Shown here piece after piece: positions 59,192 through 64,000 of a DNA stretch of 64,000 nucleotides (the first letter of the stretch is position 1; the number at the start of each line of letters is the position of its first letter). The stretch lies in NCBI GenBank assembly GCA_032718475.1, contig JAUCBJ010006659.1, forward strand, positions 1 to 64,000, read 5' to 3'. Under the pieces are notes generated by a model. That model was not told the origin of the DNA, made no database searches, and was given only the letters and a program-made list of their open reading frames with translations. The stretch comes from Nemertoderma westbladi (Eukaryota > Animalia > Xenacoelomorpha). A program made the translations under genes and the position numbers.

Positions 59192-60371
59192 TGTAAAAGC
59201 TTTTGTGGGATATAACTGGCCCTTTTGCTTCGCAATCCAGTTTCCCTCAATGCGCTCAAATACTCTAAAGAAAATCTCCCTAACTCAAATGATGCAAGCT
59301 ACCGGCTGATTGGCTGATTTGCTGTACGTATGGCCTCTTTGTTCTGTTCGATCAACCAACCAGAGCAAGGTCAACCAAGCAGAGTGATTCATCCTGTGTG
59401 TTGGCTAAGGGCTGCAAAAACCCTAAAGGTTCGGCATTTAGACATTGGTGGAATCTGTGGAATATGGAGCTCTGCCAATGAGAGCTTTTCCTCTTTGTGT
59501 TGAAAGCTACCTGCAACAGCTCACAGGGTTCAGTGTGTTGGTTTTTCCAGAGCCTAGAACATCGGCTATGGAATTATTCTGAATTATTCCAACATTAGAA
59601 CGACTTTAATTATAAGAACACATAACTGTTACCGGAACGGTACGGAACGGTACGGTATGGTACGGTACGGTACCTACTGCTGTATTGCACATTATTTACT
59701 GCTATTTACTGTTTGTTGTTAATTGTATCAGTTGTTTACATATTGTTATTTGGAGAATAACGATAAACGATCAGAAACCCCGATCTTCTTGATACACTAA
59801 GGTTAGAGAGACCGGTTACATATAGCAATTGCGACTTATATTATCGTGGTTTGTAGTGAATTGAATGCTATTTTATAGGCCCTACAAATGTCGGTTGCTA
59901 TTCTCTTTATATATGATTAAAATCAGTGACTATCGGCAATTCAGTGTGCAGCGGTGTGCAATAGTCTGTATGTGCTTGTCCGCGTAACAAAGCATCTCCT
60001 AAAGAATGCGCCTTATGTGTAACTTATAATCCATTCCGTTGTGTTTAGTGTAAGCCATAGCTCTGTTTATATAGATAGAGCGCCACGTCCTAAAGGAACT
60101 GCTAATATTTCCCGAAAGTGAATGATATTTGTCAGGAATTATATTAACGATCAATCGAATAGTACGGTAGGCCTGCACCGCAATCAAATTAAAGCATCCG
60201 AATCCAGTCTCCCGGGTATATCCAGCGGGTGAATGGTCGCGCATAGACTGGCTTCGGCTAATGTTGGATTTATTTGTGTCAAATACTTGTCATAGGCTAA
60301 AGTCGATTTATAACCTAGAAGACATATAGAATTGGCGGGTTAAACTGCCAAAGGTCTTAAAAGCGCGAACA
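59192..60371 (+). repeat. B2 3' LTR (LTR3, 1180 bp)
   Basis: TGTAAAAGC...GCGCGAACA, followed by TSD ACTGG; preceded by the PPT. Confidence 0.93.
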
Positions 60372-63300
60372 ACTGGTGTCTCCTTACACTCTTCAACCTT
60401 GTGTCCTCCTATCACACATCGGTGACAAATTCCATTCTTATCCGCATAGGCTTTCCGTTCTTGTTCAGGTAACGCCTGCCAATGCTTACAGTCCATGGTC
60501 TTATGGGTTCTATCTTTATGTAATTGACATTTGTATTCTGGGTTGTAACATTCCCTATATAACCCTACACGTATTGCGCGTAGGTTTACGTCTACCGGTT
60601 TAGTGTTTTGGTTATTTGAGCTTGGCCTACTGGGTGTGTTGGGGTTATATTTGTTCGTGTTGTTATTTTGTCCCTGTTCGTGCCACAGTCTAGCCCCACT
60701 TCCAGCTATCTGTGGACTTGCAGTCCCCTGTGTCGCCGCGTATGGTAGGGATTGTCTTAATTTTGGCAATGCATTTGCCGCATTGTGCTCTGGTTTCGGC
60801 CTGTAGTATTCGGCCCTCGGCGCCTTCCCCAGACTATCCTCGCTGTAGACTGGGTCCGTGATTAACTCTGCTTCATAGTTGAGGAAGTTCCACATTTCCT
60901 CTAGGCTCGGTTCCGCACCTTTCTTCTCCCGGGGGGAGAAGGCAATCTTTCTCTATTTATTGCGCAGCCAGATTGGCAGTGCCTGCGCTATCGTGGTGAT
61001 ATTATTAGATGCGTTGAGTTCGTATGGTGCGTCTAGCATTTTCAGCACGATTAACGCCTTTTCGACCTTGGTCGCAAAGGTCTTTATGCTAACATGGTTA
61101 TCCTGTAGGCCACCTGATGTTATCCTCCTTAGGCTCTGCCGGATGATCTTGGCTGGGTGTCCGTATTCCCTGTCTAGGGCCCGCCATGCAGTCGTGAAAC
61201 CACCCTCGATGCCCTGATACTGCCTCACGATGTCATACGCTGGACCTCCTGTATATACCTGTAGATATTTTAGGCACTCCGCCTGAATCAGGCTCTTAGT
61301 TAATATCTCGTTGCTATACATGCGCCGAAATTGCAGGTATTCTTCCGGCCTACTTCCGTCGAATTTAAATGGCTCTACGGGTGGTAGCTCGATTCTGGTC
61401 TTGAGCGCATCGATTAGTGTAGCCATTCGCATCGCCTGTGCTTCCAATGGGTTCGAACGATGCTGTACAGATTCTCCCGTTGGGTGCGGCCCGCCCGTCT
61501 GGCCTGTTGTCTTCCGTTGCGTTGGATATACCATTGGATCATACCATCGTCGCTCGCCCGCTCTCGACACCAACCTCCCTCTCTCTAGCCGGTCGGACGC
61601 CGCTGGGGATATTCGTAATCCCCCCTACTATTCTCCGTCGCTGGGTGCTGCGGTTCACCTAACTCGCCCCGCGCATTGTCCGCCGACGCCTGTGGGACAC
61701 TCTCTGCCCCCCCCCCCCCCCCCTCTCGCCACTAATCTCTCGTCGTGGGGCGCCTGTAGCCCCCCCCCCCCCCCCACTCGCCACCTATTACTTCACTATC
61801 TCTCGCTTCGCTTCTACGCCCCTCTCTAGTTGACGCACTACCTCTACTGCGGCTGGGTCTATTCACCCCCGCCTCTCCCTCTACCACTGCGTGGCCTGGC
61901 AGGCTCCCGTCGGGTTTACTCACCCCCGCTGCTCCCTGCCTAACTACGTGGCCTTGCAGGCTCCCGTCGGGGTCTCTCACCCCCGCTACACCCTGCGTAC
62001 TAACTACATGGCCTTGCAGGCTCCCATCGGGGTCTCTCACCCCCGCTACTCCCTGCGTACTAACTACGTGGCCTTGCAGGCTCTCGCTGGCCGGACCACC
62101 CGTGTCCCCTACATTAGTATTAATAGCCCCGTTATCAATATTATTTTCTAAATTATTTAAATTATTTGAATTATGTTCTGAATTCGGATTGTTATTTAAA
62201 TTATTTTGTATATTTAGATTGGAATCAGGAATATTTTGCTCGTTTGAATTAAAATTATTATTTAGATTATTTTGCGCATTTAAATTTAAATTATTTGAAT
62301 TACTTTGTATATTCGAATCTAGATTATTATTTGAATTATTTTCTATATTTAAATTAGGATCGTTCGGATTTAAATTATTGTTACTGGGCAAAATATTATT
62401 TCCTGCAATGAAAGTTTGATTAGGGTTGTCTACTACGGTACTATTAATATTAACGCCTTCTAGCGTATTATTATTACCCCCCGCCCGTACGGTCACACCA
62501 GTCTTGGGTCTATCGTCCGGTCCCTGTAAGTGGGGTATTAACAAACGTTTCCATCTCTCCATCGTTTCCATCATGTTTCCGTTTCTCGCTCTCTACTCTC
62601 GCTTCTCGCTCTCTATGTTCGTTCATCTCTCTCGTCTCTCTCTCCTTACGCTCGTTCTCTACTCTCGACTCTCGCTCTTTACGCTCGTTCTCTACTCTCG
62701 TTTCTCGCTCCTTACATTCCTCCTCTACCCTCGTTTCTCGCTCCTTACGTTCCTCTGCCTCTCTCTCTTCTTGTTCTCTACAATTTCTCGCTACCCTCTC
62801 GACCCTCTCTCTACACTCCCTCACCAACTCCCTCTCTTTCTCTAACAGTGCAGTTCCCTCATCCAACTGCCTCTCTAATTCTTTTTGGTCTAGCGACACC
62901 ATGTCTAATTGACACGCCAGATCTATCTCTAACACCCTTCTTGCTTTCGCGGAGGATGTAGCGGAATTATCGGTCGCGACGGACTCCCGTCGCCTCTCTG
63001 TCCTACTAATTTTCCCCCGCTTTCTGGGGTTCTCGCTAACCGACGAGACCGAATCCTCAGGGTTAACTTCGGGTTCGCCCTCGTGCGGATCTGCCCAACC
63101 CACCAACTTAATTCCCCTAGCATCCACTAAATATGGCCCTACGTACACCACTCCAGGCTCCATAACCCCGGATCGCCACAGTTCGAATAGTTTGGTGGCG
63201 ACCCCCCTCGCTCTCTCACTCGCCAGTTCTCCCTGCCCGAAACGAACTAGGTACCGGAAGTGTTTATTCGACTCACCTAGTCGCTGGCTCAACTTCCCCT

Positions 63301-63715
63301 GGTTTACCTTCTCTCCCTCCATAGCCTCCCTCAACAGTTTCTTGGTGGCGTTGTAGGCCCGTCGAAGCCGATCGCTGGTCCCGACGTCCTCTTCGCCGAC
63401 ATCCCCTCCTCCTCTCCTGGTTCGGCGTCGTACCGGCGGCCCCACCATCGCCGTTCCGGTGGGCCGTCCGTCGCCCTCGGCCTGTGGCTGGCCGGCGACT
63501 TCGGTACTCCGACCGCCGTCGTGCGTCGACTCGTCCCTTCCTCGTGGTAGACGGCCGCCCTCCGCTTGGGGTGCCGGATCGTCCCTCGTCGGCGAATCCG
63601 GCGTCACAGGTCGGTACCGTCGCGTCGCGGCCTCGCGGATCGTTTGGTTGGTATCGTCCGGGGTCCGCGGCGGTGTCCTCTCTCCCTCTGATAGTTGGGG
63701 TCCTCCTGCGCTCAT
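60372..63715 (-). pseudogene. gag: Element A gag (frames 62510-63715, 61732-62574, 60953-61573, 60372-60895)
   Basis: E/R coiled coil, Asn-rich block, DUF1759-like FKFDGSRPEEY...LDREYG, knuckles CQLHKDRTHKTMDC and CHRCVIGGHKVEEC; continues at 15794. Confidence 0.85.
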
Positions 63716-63750
63716 CTTTTACTCTTGCAGTCACAGTTCGTAGTGTTGGG

Positions 63751-63760
63751 CAATCTTCAC
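63751..63760 (-). other. Element A non-tRNA primer-binding site GTGAAGATTG
   Basis: Abuts the 5' LTR end; exact complement within the LTR at 63947-63956 and 9899-9908. Confidence 0.65.
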
Positions 63761-64000
63761 TGTGACGGGATCAAGGGATCCCGACCGGTTGCATAGACTA
63801 CGCGTCACCGTAGCTATCAGTTTGTTGTTATCTCTCTGATACTTTGAGTGTTAATACTGAATACAGGTGAACTGAATAATAGCACAATGAAAGGTAGCGG
63901 ATGTTATAGCTGTATAGGGTACCGGTATGTAGATATATTGATGACGGTGAAGATTGTCACCGGTCTGCACTAAAAACCAATAACTGAATAACTGATTTAC
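63761..64000 (-). repeat. Element A 5' LTR (partial, truncated by window end)
   Basis: Matches 9701-9952 with several substitutions and an indel. Confidence 0.9.

Larger units (their letters stand above)
15795..60371 (+). mobile_element. Element B2 outer boundaries (BEL/Pao), inserted in gag of A; contains B1 and C
   Basis: TG...CA ends; 5-bp TSD ACTGG at 15790-15794 and 60372-60376; removing the insert plus one TSD restores A gag-pol in frame (...KETP-VRFGQGKGQT-MATS...). Confidence 0.92.
9701..64000 (-). mobile_element. Element A: degenerate BEL/Pao LTR retrotransposon (outermost, oldest); 5' LTR runs off the window
   Basis: LTR copies at 9701 and 63761; gag-PR-RT-RH-IN order on the minus strand; Pao-type RH motif (DLHMFSDA...AYGA) and IN C-terminus (WRRWVEEYLPTLHRRNKW). 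Confidence 0.93.

Noticed and set aside
15795-60371. Head-to-tail tandem of two B elements sharing a central LTR
   Set aside because: Sequence after LTR2 starts in mid-gag with no PBS or leader, and LTR1 is chimeric; nested insertion plus recombination fits better.

Overview
Eukaryotic (metazoan-looking) genomic DNA. The first ~9.7 kb holds three phase-1 micro-exons of a Cys/Thr/Pro-rich host gene (+), a Sola1-like non-autonomous TIR element, micro/minisatellites and a 5.4-kb 68-bp satellite. The remaining 54 kb is a four-deep nest of BEL/Pao (Belpaoviridae) LTR retrotransposons. Element A (-, 9701 to beyond 64000) is interrupted in gag by element B2 (+, TSD ACTGG). B2 is interrupted in gag by its relative B1, and their 5' LTRs later recombined into a chimera. 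B2 is also interrupted in its third ORF by element C (-, 2.36-kb LTRs, TSD GTTGA). Three observations stand out. (1) None of the three families has a tRNA-type PBS; each has a 10-12 nt sequence at the LTR junction that is exactly complemented inside its own LTR near the predicted transcription start, which suggests self-primed reverse transcription in BEL/Pao elements. (2) The env position holds a non-env accessory ORF3 with zinc knuckles, plus a DEDDy/WRN-like 3'-5' exonuclease domain in element C. (3) Element C carries 12 dispersed, co-oriented copies of one 20-nt hairpin, read in all three frames. All coordinates and alignments were read by eye; no database searches were run.
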